Below, in pieces: positions 37,210 to 47,273 of a stretch of 64,000 bases of DNA. Below the pieces are notes generated by a model. That model worked only from the letters and a program-made list of their open reading frames with translations, had not been told where the DNA came from and did not search any database. Made by a program: the position numbers and the translations under genes. Each line of letters starts with the position of its first letter. Within the stretch, counting starts at the first letter, position 1. The DNA is taken from assembly GCA_022563595.1 (NCBI GenBank), contig JADFNB010000001.1, positions 65,416 through 129,415 of the forward strand, read 5' to 3'. Source of the stretch: Gemmatimonadota bacterium. Its GTDB lineage: Bacteria > Gemmatimonadota > Gemmatimonadetes > Gemmatimonadales > GWC2-71-9.

Positions 37210-37579
37210 CGTCCTCTTCCTTGGCCTTGCACTTGATGCAGAGCCTGGCGTGCGGCAGCGCGTCCAGTCGCTCGAAGCCGATCGGTTCGCCGCACTCGTG
37301 GCACTGGCCGAACGTTTCAGGGGAACGGTACAGCCGCCGCAGTGCCTCGTTCACGTGCCACAGGTAGCGTCCCTCCTTCGAAGCGAACAGGAACTCTTTT
37401 TCGCGTTCCATCGCGTCGGTACCCTGGTCCGCCATGTGAAAGGAGTAGGACGATAGGTCCCCGTCGGCTGACTGAAGCGTGCCGCTGAACGACTTGTCAT
37501 ACACGCCCAGTTCCTTCATGACGCGGGCGCGTTCTTCCAGGAGTCGCTTCTCCAGATGGTTCAGTTGCTTCTTTTTCAT
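37193..37579 (-). CDS. DksA/TraR-family C4 zinc-finger protein
   Basis: CHECGEPIGFERLDALPHARLCIKCK is a C4 zinc finger. An N-terminal coiled-coil is present. Confidence 0.85.
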   Translation of the reverse strand: MKKKQLNHLEKRLLEERARVMKELGVYDKSFSGTLQSADGDLSSYSFHMADQGTDAMEREKEFLFASKEGRYLWHVNEALRRLYRSPETFGQCHECGEPIGFERLDALPHARLCIKCKAKEEDVDKRR

Positions 37580-37606
37580 CCTCTTCTCTCACCGGTGATG
37601 CCGGCG

Positions 37607-40600
37607 TCAGGACGACCGGCTGGTCTCGTCATGGCGTTGCAGCGTGATGACGACGCGCCTACCGTCGATGTCGACCGCCTCCCGAACATCTGGCTTCTCG
37701 AGATCGTTCCCTGTCTCGAACCGTCGCGCCAGCGTCTCCCCGGCGATGAACGCCTCGAAAGCACCGGATGCCGCGAGGACATCCCGGTCGCCGGAGATAT
37801 GCAAGTTAATCCGTGTTGTGTATTCGTACCCGGCCTCTTTCCGCAGGCGCTGCACCCGGTTGACGACCTCGCGGGCCAGCCCCTCGCGCCGCAGCGTATC
37901 ACTGACCGTAGGATCGAGAGCGACAACGAACGGTCCGTCCGACTGCACCAGCCAATCGGTCACGACTTCGCGCTGCACCGTAACATCCTCGGGCCGATAG
38001 CGGAACTCCCGCCCGCCAGTCTCGAGCGTTACCTCTTTCCCGGATTCCAGAGCCGACAGCGCCCCGCGATCCAGGTTCGCGACCGCCGCGGCCGCCTTCG
38101 GTGTGTCTTTCCCATACACCTTGCCCAGGGTCCGGAAGTTCGGTTTGCCCTTGAGGCGCACCAACTCCTCATCCGAAGCCACGGCCGTCACCTGCTTGAC
38201 GTTGACCTCGGTGGCCAAGAGCCCGAGCAGAGCGTCGAACGCCTCCCCCAGCGCAGCGGCGGGCACCGCCACACGCATGCGCGCAAGCGGCTGTCGCACG
38301 CGGATGCCGACCGCCTCGCGCGCGGCACGCGCGAGCGTAGCGAGTCGCCGGACGGCGTCCATGGCCCGGGCCAGCCCCGGCTCCCGCTCCGGTGCCGGTT
38401 CCGGCATGCGGGCGAGGTGCACTGATTCTCCCGTCAGGCGTCGGTGGATCATGTCGCTCAGGAACGGCGCCGCCGGCGCCAACAGCCGTGTGACGCACAC
38501 CAACGCCTCGTAGAGCGTTGCCAACGCGGCAGGCTCTGCGCTGCCCCCGGGTGCCCAAAACCGTCCGCGGTTCACGCGCACGTACCAGTTCGACAGGTCG
38601 TTGTCACAGAAATCGAGCAGCGCGCGGACACCGGTGGTGACGTCGTAGCCGTCCCACGACCCCCGCACCTTCGCCACCACCCCGTGTAGCCGGTCGAGCA
38701 GCCACCGGTCGACCAGGGCGCGTTCGTCGATCGCCGGTGCGTCCGCCAACCGAAAATCCTCCGCGTAGAGCGCGAAGAACCCATACGTGTTCCGGAGTCG
38801 ATTGAGCGATCCACCCACCGCCTCCGGGATGGCGTCCGGATCGAACCGCTTCTCGTGCCAGACCTGGCTGGATGCGAGAAGATACAGCCGGACGGTGTCG
38901 GCACCGAACCGCTCGACGGCATCGGACGGGTCGACCACGTTCCCGACACGCTTCGACATCTTGCGTCCGTCCGCGTCCAACACGAGTCCGTTGACGACCA
39001 CGTTTCTGTACGCCGTCTCGTCAAAGGCGCCCACCGCGATGGCCAGAAGCGAGTAGAACCACCCCCGCGTCTGATCCAGTCCTTCGCAGATGAAGTCCGC
39101 CGGGAAGTGCCGCCCGAACTCCGCGCGGTTCTCGAACGGGTAGTGCCACTGCGCGAACGGCATGGCTCCCGAGTCGTACCACGCGTCGATGACTTCGGAT
39201 ACGCGCCGCATGGTGCCGCCGCACGCGGAACACGACAGCACGATCTCGTCGATGAAGGGCTTATGCGGATCGAACCCGTCGGGCAGAGCCTCGCCACGCA
39301 AGGACGCAAGCTCCTCGTACGAGCCGACCACTGCGAGTTCCACGCAGTCCTCGCACCGCCAGATCGGGAGAGGTGTGCCCCAAAACCGGTCCCGCGACAG
39401 CGCCCAGTCGACGTTGTTCTCCAGCCACTCGCCGAAGCGACCCTCGCCGACTTCCGGCGGCTGCCATCCAATCGCGCGGTTGCACTCGACCATCCGGTCC
39501 TTGTACCGCGTCGTCCGCACAAACCACGAGGAACGCGCGTAGTAGATCAACGGAGAATCGCACCGCCAACAGAACGGGTAGCTGTGCTCGTAGCCCGCTG
39601 GCTCGTAGCGACCGAACAGTTTCCCCTCGGCGTCGAGCCGCGCGGCGATGACGGGGTTGGCCTCGAACACCGTCTTGCCGTTGATCTCGTCCCACCGCGT
39701 GCCGGTGAAGCGCCCTGCCGCATCTACCGGATTGACGAACGCCAATCCCTCTCTCTCGATCGTCGCGAAGTCGTCGGCGCCGAACGCAGGGGCCAGATGC
39801 ACGAGCCCCGTGCCTTCGTCGCCGGTCACGAACTCGCCCACGACGATACGGAACGCCCGCCCGGGATCGACCTCCACGACGTCCAGCAGTTGTTCGTACC
39901 GCCGGCCGACCAGATCGCGACCGGTGAACGCGCCTACGCAAGGGAACTCAGCGAGCGGCTTCCCGTGAGTCCCACCCGGAACGGTCCTGCCCCGCGCTAT
40001 GGTCTCCTCGACGATCACCAGGCGGCCGTCGATGTCCAGCTCCAGGTAACGTAGATCCGGATGCACCGCGACCGCGATGTTGGACGGCAGGGTCCATGGC
40101 GTCGTCGTCCACACGAGGAGATGGCGCGCGCGCCCGTCACCAGTCGGCTCGGCAAGGCGGAACAGGACGTAGATGGAGGGGCTCTTGTGTGCCGCATACC
40201 CCATCGCCAGTTCGTGGCTCGAGAGCGACGTGCCGCACCGCGGGCAGTACGGCAACACCTTGTGCCCCTCATACAGCAGCCCCCGATCGTGCAGTCGCTT
40301 GAGCGACCACCACACCGACTCTATGTACTCGTTGGTGTAGGTGACGTACGGCCGGTCGTAGTCGAGCCAGTACCCGATGCGGCTGGAGAGCAACTCCCAG
40401 TCGTTCTTGTACCGGAATACGCTCTCGCGGCACCGGCGGTTGAATTCGGCCACCCCGAACCGTTCGATGTCGGCCTTGCCGCTGAGCCCGAGCGCTTTCT
40501 CGACCTCGATCTCGACCGGCAGCCCGTGGGTATCCCAGCCCGCTATACGCGTGACCCGACGGCCGCACATGGTGTGGTAGCGGCACACCAGATCCTTGAT

Positions 40601-40789
40601 GGTCCGAGCGAACACGTGATGGATCCCGGGCCGGCCGTTGGCGGTGGGCGGGCCCTCAAAGAAGACGAAGGGCTCGCCGTCCCGCGTAGCGCGGAGCGTC
40701 TGGTGGAAGAGCCCTTCGCGCTCCCAGGTTGCCAGGAGTTCTCGCTCCAGCTCGGGGAGCGTGCTCTGGCCCAGCGGTGAGTACGTCAT
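37607..40789 (-). CDS. ileS: Isoleucine--tRNA ligase (long, type-2-like form)
   Basis: Trimmed to ATG 40787-40789 (ATGA overlap with the upstream stop). PTANGRPGIHHV (HIGH region), KMSKRVGNV (KMSKS) and a CP1 editing domain are present. Confidence 0.97.
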   Translation of the reverse strand: MTYSPLGQSTLPELERELLATWEREGLFHQTLRATRDGEPFVFFEGPPTANGRPGIHHVFARTIKDLVCRYHTMCGRRVTRIAGWDTHGLPVEIEVEKALGLSGKADIERFGVAEFNRRCRESVFRYKNDWELLSSRIGYWLDYDRPYVTYTNEYIESVWWSLKRLHDRGLLYEGHKVLPYCPRCGTSLSSHELAMGYAAHKSPSIYVLFRLAEPTGDGRARHLLVWTTTPWTLPSNIAVAVHPDLRYLELDIDGRLVIVEETIARGRTVPGGTHGKPLAEFPCVGAFTGRDLVGRRYEQLLDVVEVDPGRAFRIVVGEFVTGDEGTGLVHLAPAFGADDFATIEREGLAFVNPVDAAGRFTGTRWDEINGKTVFEANPVIAARLDAEGKLFGRYEPAGYEHSYPFCWRCDSPLIYYARSSWFVRTTRYKDRMVECNRAIGWQPPEVGEGRFGEWLENNVDWALSRDRFWGTPLPIWRCEDCVELAVVGSYEELASLRGEALPDGFDPHKPFIDEIVLSCSACGGTMRRVSEVIDAWYDSGAMPFAQWHYPFENRAEFGRHFPADFICEGLDQTRGWFYSLLAIAVGAFDETAYRNVVVNGLVLDADGRKMSKRVGNVVDPSDAVERFGADTVRLYLLASSQVWHEKRFDPDAIPEAVGGSLNRLRNTYGFFALYAEDFRLADAPAIDERALVDRWLLDRLHGVVAKVRGSWDGYDVTTGVRALLDFCDNDLSNWYVRVNRGRFWAPGGSAEPAALATLYEALVCVTRLLAPAAPFLSDMIHRRLTGESVHLARMPEPAPEREPGLARAMDAVRRLATLARAAREAVGIRVRQPLARMRVAVPAAALGEAFDALLGLLATEVNVKQVTAVASDEELVRLKGKPNFRTLGKVYGKDTPKAAAAVANLDRGALSALESGKEVTLETGGREFRYRPEDVTVQREVVTDWLVQSDGPFVVALDPTVSDTLRREGLAREVVNRVQRLRKEAGYEYTTRINLHISGDRDVLAASGAFEAFIAGETLARRFETGNDLEKPDVREAVDIDGRRVVITLQRHDETSRSS

Positions 40790-41598
40790 CAGGTCATCCG
40801 CTCCAGCACACCCGTGATCAGCGTCGTCAAGGACGGCTCCGCGCTCGTGGCGGTCGCGATGATGCTGGGCACGTCGGCCGGCTCCAGCGCGTCGGGCAGG
40901 CACTGATCCGTGATGATGGAGACACCCAGGACTCGCATGCCGCCGTGCACGGCGACGATCACCTCGGGAACGGTCGACATCCCCACCGCGTCGGCGCCGA
41001 TCGCGCGCAACATGCGGTACTCGGCGGCGGTCTCCAGATTGGGCCCAGTGACCGCCACGTAGACGCCCTCCCGGAGAACGATCTTCAGGTCGCGGGCGAC
41101 CTCCCGAGCGAGCGCCCGGAGCCGGGGATCGTACGCCGCCGACATATCGGGAAAGCGGGGACCCAGGGAATCGTCGTTCGCGCCGATGAGCGGGTTGTCA
41201 CCCAGGAGGTTGATGTGATCGGCGATGAGCATGAGGTCGCCGGGTCCCCACAGCGGATGCATCCCCCCGCACGCGTTGGAAACGCAGAGTGTGTCCGCGC
41301 CCAACGCCCGCATCACACGAATCGGGAATCCGATCTCCTGCAACGAGTACCCCTCGTAGCGGTGGAACCGTCCCTGCATCGCGACGACACGCTTGCCGGC
41401 GAGTGTCCCCAAGAGGAGCCGCCCGGCGTGCGATTCCACGGTCGAGAGCGGGAACCCCGGAATTCGTTCGTAGCCTAGCTCAGTCTCCACCGCGATCTGA
41501 CCGGCGAGGCCGCCGAGGCCGGTGCCGAGAATCAGCGCCACCTCGGGCTCGAGGGTCGTCTCGGCCCGAATCGCGCGGACAGCGTCGCCGAGCATCAC
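40789..41598 (-). CDS. Purine nucleoside phosphorylase (PNP/MTAP family, PunA-like)
   Basis: GRFHRYEGYSLQEIGFPIRVMRALGADTLCVSNACGG and GVSIITD, typical of trimeric-type PNP. Confidence 0.88.
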   Translation of the reverse strand: MMLGDAVRAIRAETTLEPEVALILGTGLGGLAGQIAVETELGYERIPGFPLSTVESHAGRLLLGTLAGKRVVAMQGRFHRYEGYSLQEIGFPIRVMRALGADTLCVSNACGGMHPLWGPGDLMLIADHINLLGDNPLIGANDDSLGPRFPDMSAAYDPRLRALAREVARDLKIVLREGVYVAVTGPNLETAAEYRMLRAIGADAVGMSTVPEVIVAVHGGMRVLGVSIITDQCLPDALEPADVPSIIATATSAEPSLTTLITGVLERMT

Positions 41599-42086
41599 GG
41601 TGTGGGCGGCGGGCTCCCGTCCCGCCTCTGCGACTCGAGCGCGTCCACCTCCGCTAGATAACGCTCGAGGAGCGCCCGGAACGACGTGAGATATGCGACG
41701 AAGTGCCGTTGCGACGCCTCCGTATCACGGCGCACGTCCTGCTCTGACTCGCGGGCGAGCAGCATTATCTCGTCGGCTTGAGCGCGCGCCTCCCGCAAGG
41801 TGATCTCCGCTTCTTTCCGGGCCGCCGTCTCGGTTTCCAAGCGGAGCTGCTGTGCCGCGACGAGCGCGTCATTCAGCGCCTTCTCTCGTTCGCGGAATGC
41901 CTTGAGTTGCTCGCGCAGGCTCTGCACACGCTCCTCGAGCGTCATGCGCTCCCGCAGCAGCCGTTCCATCTCCTGCGCGACCCGCTCGCGAAAGTCTTCC
42001 ACGCCGGGACGTTCGTATCCCCACGTCGCGCGCCGGAATTCCTGCGCGCGCACATCGACCGGAGTGAGATGGAACTCGTCGTTCAT
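41595..42086 (-). CDS. divIVA: DivIVA-domain cell division/polarity protein
   Basis: LTPVDVRAQEFRRATWGYERPGVEDFRERV is the DivIVA N-terminal lipid-binding domain, followed by a long coiled-coil. Confidence 0.88.
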   Translation of the reverse strand: MNDEFHLTPVDVRAQEFRRATWGYERPGVEDFRERVAQEMERLLRERMTLEERVQSLREQLKAFREREKALNDALVAAQQLRLETETAARKEAEITLREARAQADEIMLLARESEQDVRRDTEASQRHFVAYLTSFRALLERYLAEVDALESQRRDGSPPPTP

Positions 42087-42769
42087 CTTCGCTCTCCAAA
42101 GAGGACCGTCCCGAGCCGCACTATGGTCGCTCCCTCAGCCACCGCCGCCCGGTAGTCACCCGACATACCCATCGACAGCTCCGGAAGCGGCAACTCGGGT
42201 GTCGCGACTTCGTCGCGCAACCGCCTCAGATCACCGAACACTTCCCGTTGGACTGGCTCGTCTTCGGTCAACGGCGCCATCGTCATCAACCCCACGGGAT
42301 CCAGTGCCTGCAGCCCCCCGACCCGGTGGACCAGTGAGGCCACCTCGCCGGGCGGACATCCGCTCTTTTGCGGTTCCGCAGCTAGGCTCACCTGCACCAG
42401 CACCCGCATCCGTTCCCCGACCTTGTCAAGGGCTTCGGCAAGGGCCTCCGCGATCCGAATGGAATCGACCGAGTGCACCATCCAGAAACGGCCCGGCACG
42501 TACTTGGCCTTGTTGGTTTGCAGATGCCCGACCATATGCCAACGTACCGGGACGGGTGGTCCCCCATCCTGTTTCGCCACGGCTTCCTGGATGCGGTTCT
42601 CGCCAACGTCCTCGAGCCCCGCCTCTGCGGCGGCTTCCGCGGCGGCGCGCGGATGACCCTTGGTGATGCCGACGATCCGAACCGTACCGGATATCCGTGC
42701 GGCAGCCTGGATTCGGGCGATCTCCTCACGCACTCGCGCCAGGTTGACGGGTAGGGCCGCGAAGGTCAT
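42083..42769 (-). CDS. yggS: YggS/YlmE-family pyridoxal-phosphate homeostasis protein
   Basis: VRIVGITKGHP (PLP Lys), WHMVGHLQTNKAKY, MGMSGDY and IVRLGTVLFG. Confidence 0.9.
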   Translation of the reverse strand: MTFAALPVNLARVREEIARIQAAARISGTVRIVGITKGHPRAAAEAAAEAGLEDVGENRIQEAVAKQDGGPPVPVRWHMVGHLQTNKAKYVPGRFWMVHSVDSIRIAEALAEALDKVGERMRVLVQVSLAAEPQKSGCPPGEVASLVHRVGGLQALDPVGLMTMAPLTEDEPVQREVFGDLRRLRDEVATPELPLPELSMGMSGDYRAAVAEGATIVRLGTVLFGERR

Positions 42770-42814
42770 AGCCTACAAGAGTATCGACACTTAGCCCCCC
42801 CTTCAACCCTGCGG

Positions 42815-45280
42815 CTACCGGTCTCTGGAGGGCTGCTCCGCCGGTCGCAGCGCTGTGTCGCCGAACAGCACCGTGGGGGCGGGCGGTGACAGCATTTGGA
42901 TGAGACCTGCCAGGTGCGAGTCGGGCGAGAGGTGATAACCCCGCCGCAGATACTCGACGCTCTTCTCCCGCTCGCCCAGCATCTCGTAGGCCTGGCCGAG
43001 GGTGAGGAACGGCAGGCTCAGGTTGGTCGCGATGTTGCGGTTGGTCGGGTCGAGATCGAGACTGTCGACCTCGAACAGACCGGCGTAGCGGTATATGAGA
43101 TTCACCAGTGAGTCGGTGCGCGGGAGGTTTACCGGGAGGCCCAGCAAGGTGCCGTGCACTAGGCTGGTGGAGTCGGGCGGATTCACGGCATTCACCCGTA
43201 GGACCAGGCCTTCGCTGGTCAGGTATTGGCGCAGGCCGAGCCAGTTGCTGCTTCCCGCCGTAATGGAGTAATAGATCGGCCGTTTGCCGACGTTCTCCAG
43301 CATTAGGCGGAGCATCAGTACATCCTTGACGTACATCGGTGTGCCGGCCTCGAACCGTCTGGTCAACCGGCCCGCCCGGAAGGTGAAGCCGCGCCGCAGG
43401 AGCTGCGGGAGCAGCGAATCGATTTGTGCGTCGGTCCACGAATGGAGCGCCGGCGGCAGGGTCTCGGGCGCCAGGTCCGCGAACCAAGGCGCCTGCTCCG
43501 GTTCGAACGGCCGCACCGGATTGTCACGCAGCTGTTTGATGTACCAATCGGTATTGCCCAGGGAGAGATTCACGACGGCGACGTCGCGCCGGATCCCCTC
43601 GACCTCCTGGAGATACCACAGGGGGAACGTATCGTTGTCACCGTTCGTGAAGACGATCCCGTACGGCTCGACCGACTGCAGCAGGTTGTAGGAGAAATCC
43701 CGCGCCAGCGTGTTCACCGGCGTGTGGGCGCGGCTCGCGGCTTTGAAGTTGAGCACGAACGGAAGGAAGGCGAAAGCCAAGATGCCCACCATGGCCGCCC
43801 GGCCGGCGGCGTGCGCTGCGCCGATGCGGTCGCGCAGCGCGCGTGCGATGCCGGCGATCCCGATCCCAACAAACAACCCCCACACCAGGAACGAGACCGT
43901 GAAGAAGTAGTCGCGCTCGCGCACTTCGTGCTGAGCGGCGTCCGGAAACTGCGCGAACCCTATCGAGTAGCCGGGCTTGAAATTCATGTAGCCCATGAGG
44001 GCCGGCCCCGTGGTGACGAACAGCACGACCAGCAGCCAGAAGACCGACCGGTCACGATTGTAGAGCTGGGAGGCACCGTAGAGTCCGAGCGAGGTGAACG
44101 CGAGGGTGAACGGCAGCCGGACCGGCGCGAATACCGGCGATGTCGGAGCCAGGCCGTTGGCCCACTGCCAGTCGAAGTACTGCAGATAGTTCTGCAGCTG
44201 GAGCAACATGATCGTGAGGCTCCGCCCCGGATTGTCGGGACCGGACGGGAACAGCGGGTTGTCTATCGGTAACCGCGGCGGGTATTGCTCCCGCCGGATC
44301 ACGGACCACAGCCGCTCCCACGTGGACGGATCCGCCTCGTTGATGAAGGGATCGAGCCCGGCGCGGATGTAGAGAAACAGGTAGCTCGATACGCCGATGG
44401 CCGCGACCCCGAGCACGATGAGGGCGAACCCGAGCGCGCCCGTCGTGGCGGCGTAGGCCGTCGCCGCGAGGAAGGCGATCCCGCCGAGCACCATCAAGGT
44501 TGTGCTGCCCAGTCCGGCACCGATGAGCAGCGCCCATACGCCGGCGAGCACAGCCCACTGTGCCCATTCGGTGCGCCGGTCGACCGCGTCGGGCGACGGT
44601 TCCGTGCGGAGCACGTGCCACTGGTACCCCAGCAAGGCGGGGCCGACGAGCAGCGTGAGGAGGTGGCTCCCGATCGACACCGCGCCGATGTAGACGATGA
44701 GGAGCAGGATGTGCGCGGCGCGCTCCGTGCGACGATGTTTGCGCCAGAGCCACGCGAGCCAGCAGATGGCGGCGATGCTGAACGTCGCCACCATGTAGAC
44801 CTCGGTCTCGTTCGAGTTCTGCCACACGGTGAACACGAACGCGGAAACGATGGCGGCGGCGGTGGCTCCGCCCAGGGCGAACAGTGGATCGACATGCTCT
44901 TCCGGCCGGCCCGGCCCGGAGGCCATCCAGCCCTTGAGCGCCTGGGCCACCAGCAGGAAGAGAAACGCCGCGGCAGCGGCGCTGAAGAGCGCCGTCATGA
45001 AGTTGGTGCCGTAGGCGAAGTCGCCGAACGGGAAGAACCGTCCGAACACATTGCCGAGCAACACGAAGAGCGGTGTCCCGGGTGGGTGAGGAATCCCCAG
45101 GATTCTCGCGCTCGCGATGAACTCTCCGGCATCCCAGAAGGTCACGGTCGGCGCGAGGGTCCAGACGTATCCTGTCAGGACAACGAAAAAGACCGCGACC
45201 GCGGCCATGTATGGCGGCCGGTCGGTGGTTGGCGCGCTGGGAGCGGCAGCAGCAGCCGCAGCAGTGTCAGTATGCGGCAT
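42815..45280 (-). CDS. DUF2723-like polytopic membrane protein (GT-C/PMT-like glycosyltransferase fold)
   Basis: 821 aa. The N-terminal half has more than 10 TM helices, with TFWDAGEFIASARILGIPHPPGTPLF near the start (typical of DUF2723/PMT_2-like proteins). A large soluble C-terminal domain follows. Confidence 0.65.
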   Translation of the reverse strand: MPHTDTAAAAAAAPSAPTTDRPPYMAAVAVFFVVLTGYVWTLAPTVTFWDAGEFIASARILGIPHPPGTPLFVLLGNVFGRFFPFGDFAYGTNFMTALFSAAAAAFLFLLVAQALKGWMASGPGRPEEHVDPLFALGGATAAAIVSAFVFTVWQNSNETEVYMVATFSIAAICWLAWLWRKHRRTERAAHILLLIVYIGAVSIGSHLLTLLVGPALLGYQWHVLRTEPSPDAVDRRTEWAQWAVLAGVWALLIGAGLGSTTLMVLGGIAFLAATAYAATTGALGFALIVLGVAAIGVSSYLFLYIRAGLDPFINEADPSTWERLWSVIRREQYPPRLPIDNPLFPSGPDNPGRSLTIMLLQLQNYLQYFDWQWANGLAPTSPVFAPVRLPFTLAFTSLGLYGASQLYNRDRSVFWLLVVLFVTTGPALMGYMNFKPGYSIGFAQFPDAAQHEVRERDYFFTVSFLVWGLFVGIGIAGIARALRDRIGAAHAAGRAAMVGILAFAFLPFVLNFKAASRAHTPVNTLARDFSYNLLQSVEPYGIVFTNGDNDTFPLWYLQEVEGIRRDVAVVNLSLGNTDWYIKQLRDNPVRPFEPEQAPWFADLAPETLPPALHSWTDAQIDSLLPQLLRRGFTFRAGRLTRRFEAGTPMYVKDVLMLRLMLENVGKRPIYYSITAGSSNWLGLRQYLTSEGLVLRVNAVNPPDSTSLVHGTLLGLPVNLPRTDSLVNLIYRYAGLFEVDSLDLDPTNRNIATNLSLPFLTLGQAYEMLGEREKSVEYLRRGYHLSPDSHLAGLIQMLSPPAPTVLFGDTALRPAEQPSRDR

Positions 45281-45300
45281 CTGGTGAGACGGTGGTGTTT

Positions 45301-46107
45301 TCAGGAGGCTGAAGGCTCGCTAGGAGCGGTCGTCAAGGCAAGCGACGGGTGCCCGCGATTCGCGAGCGCCTCGCGGACCTGCGGGGCCGTCATGCCCTGA
45401 TGCAGGAGCCCGCCGACCGCGATCGAGATCCGTGAAGTCTCTTCGGACACTACTACGACCACCGCGTCCGACTCCTCAGAGAGCCCGAGCGCGGCGCGGT
45501 GCCGCGTGCCCAACGACTTGTCCGTGACGGGGAACTGGGTGAGCGGCAACACGCAGCCCGCGCCCACAATCTGGTCGCCGCGGATCACGACGGCCCCGTC
45601 GTGCAGCGGCGAATACGGCGTGAAGATCGTGCTCAGGAGTTCGCCTGAGACCATCGCCCGCATCTCGGTCCCGGTCTCGAGGTAGGCGTCGAGCGACACG
45701 TCACCCTCGACGGCGATAATGGCGCCCGTTCCGGCGCGGGACAGGCGATCGACCGCCTGAGCGATCTCGTCGGCCACGACGTTCCGGCCGCCGGTCGTGA
45801 AATACGCGAGGGCACGCGAGCCGCCGAGTCGCGCGAGCGCGTGCCGCAGCTCGGGCTGAAAGACAACGATCGCCACGAACGCCCCGTACGTGAACACCAC
45901 GCCGAGGAGTGTGACGATCATGTTGAACTTGAGCACCAGCGCGGCGAAATAAACCACGACGAGGACAATCAGGCCGAGGATGATCTGGAGCGCGCGGGTA
46001 CCCGCCAGGAAGAGGAGCGCGCGATAGATGATGTAGGCGACGACGAGGATCTCGAGGACGTCGCGGAGACTGGGAACCAGGAACCGAAACTGCTCGAGTT
46101 GGATCAC
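45301..46107 (-). CDS. cdaA: Diadenylate cyclase CdaA (DisA_N domain, three N-terminal TM helices)
   Basis: TGAIIAVEGD, SPLHDGAVVIRGD, LGTRHRAALGLSEESDAVVVVVSEETSRIS (DGA and RHR motifs). Confidence 0.9.
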   Translation of the reverse strand: MIQLEQFRFLVPSLRDVLEILVVAYIIYRALLFLAGTRALQIILGLIVLVVVYFAALVLKFNMIVTLLGVVFTYGAFVAIVVFQPELRHALARLGGSRALAYFTTGGRNVVADEIAQAVDRLSRAGTGAIIAVEGDVSLDAYLETGTEMRAMVSGELLSTIFTPYSPLHDGAVVIRGDQIVGAGCVLPLTQFPVTDKSLGTRHRAALGLSEESDAVVVVVSEETSRISIAVGGLLHQGMTAPQVREALANRGHPSLALTTAPSEPSAS

Positions 46108-47273
46108 GCGGACCGGATGGCGGCGGCGATGTCGAGTGCCTCACGCACCTGCGCCACAGCGTGTACGCGAAACAGCTGCGCCCCTGCGCCGTAAGCCGCC
46201 ACACACGCCGCGGCGGTGGCGTTGTCCCTCTCACCCGGGCCATTGCCGGTCACCGCGCCGAGAAACCGTTTGCGGGACGGCCCCACCATGACCGGGTGTG
46301 GCAGGCTCGCGAAGGCCGAGAGTCCGCGCAGCACTGCGTAGTTGTGCTCGGGCAGCTTACCGAACCCCAAGCCGGGATCCACAACAATACGGGCTGCCGG
46401 GACGTCACGCTCGTCCGCCACGCGCAGCGCGGCCCGCAACTCGCGAACGACATCGGCCACGACGTCGTCATAAGCAGCATGGAGGTAGGATGCGATCTCG
46501 GATAATGCGCCTCGCGAGTGCATCAGAATCAACCCCGCCCCGTGCGCCGCGCACACTTCGCCGATCCGGGGATCAAACCGCAGGCCGCTCACGTCGTTGA
46601 CCGCCCAGGCGCCGGCATCGAGCGCGCGACGAGCCGTTTCCGCCTTGACCGTATCGATGCTGAGCGGCGTTTCGGGGAAACGTCGCACCAGCTCCGGCAG
46701 CACGCGGGCGAGCCTCCGCCATTCCTCGTCCGCCGGTACCGGATCGGGCAGGCCCGGTCGGGTCGATTCCGCCCCGATGTCCAGCATGTCCGCGCCGGCG
46801 GCAACCATCGACTCCGCGTGGCGCAGGGCCGCGGCCGGCTCGAGGTACGTCCCACCATCGCTGAACGAGTCGGGCGTGATATTGAGGATACCGACGACCA
46901 CCGGGCGGTCGAGCGCGATGTCCCCGCGCGCCGTCTCCCACACCGTCGGCGGCTCCGTGAGCCCTCGCAAGGTCCGACCCAACTCTGCGGCAAGCGGGCC
47001 GTCGAGCACGCCGCGCGCCGGTCTCACCAGGCCCGCGAGCTGGGCGGCCGGTGCCGAGACGAGGACCCATCCATCTCCGGTGAGGTAGGCGATGCCCTGC
47101 TCGTGGGCGGCCAGTGCTACGCGATCGCGCGCCTCCTGATCTAAGGCGTCGAGCACGACTGTCGCCGGCGTGAGCCCGCGCGCCGCCGCCTCGGCCCGCA
47201 CAGGGTTCATCCCCCGCCGCTGGAGCGCGTCCCGAACGGCAGCGGGGGTGAGGGCGACGGGAGCGACGGTCAC
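46104..47273 (-). CDS. folP: Dihydropteroate synthase with an N-terminal extension of about 125 aa
   Basis: VVGILNITPDSFSDGG, DIGAESTRPG, SIDT, VNDVSG and VGPSRKRF. The first ~125 residues have no DHPS counterpart. Confidence 0.92.
   Translation of the reverse strand: MTVAPVALTPAAVRDALQRRGMNPVRAEAAARGLTPATVVLDALDQEARDRVALAAHEQGIAYLTGDGWVLVSAPAAQLAGLVRPARGVLDGPLAAELGRTLRGLTEPPTVWETARGDIALDRPVVVGILNITPDSFSDGGTYLEPAAALRHAESMVAAGADMLDIGAESTRPGLPDPVPADEEWRRLARVLPELVRRFPETPLSIDTVKAETARRALDAGAWAVNDVSGLRFDPRIGEVCAAHGAGLILMHSRGALSEIASYLHAAYDDVVADVVRELRAALRVADERDVPAARIVVDPGLGFGKLPEHNYAVLRGLSAFASLPHPVMVGPSRKRFLGAVTGNGPGERDNATAAACVAAYGAGAQLFRVHAVAQVREALDIAAAIRSA

Noticed and set aside
40790-40903. 38-codon N-terminal extension of the ileS track ORF.
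   Set aside because: It overlaps the PNP gene. The internal ATG at 40789 forms an ATGA junction and gives a normal IleS N-terminus.
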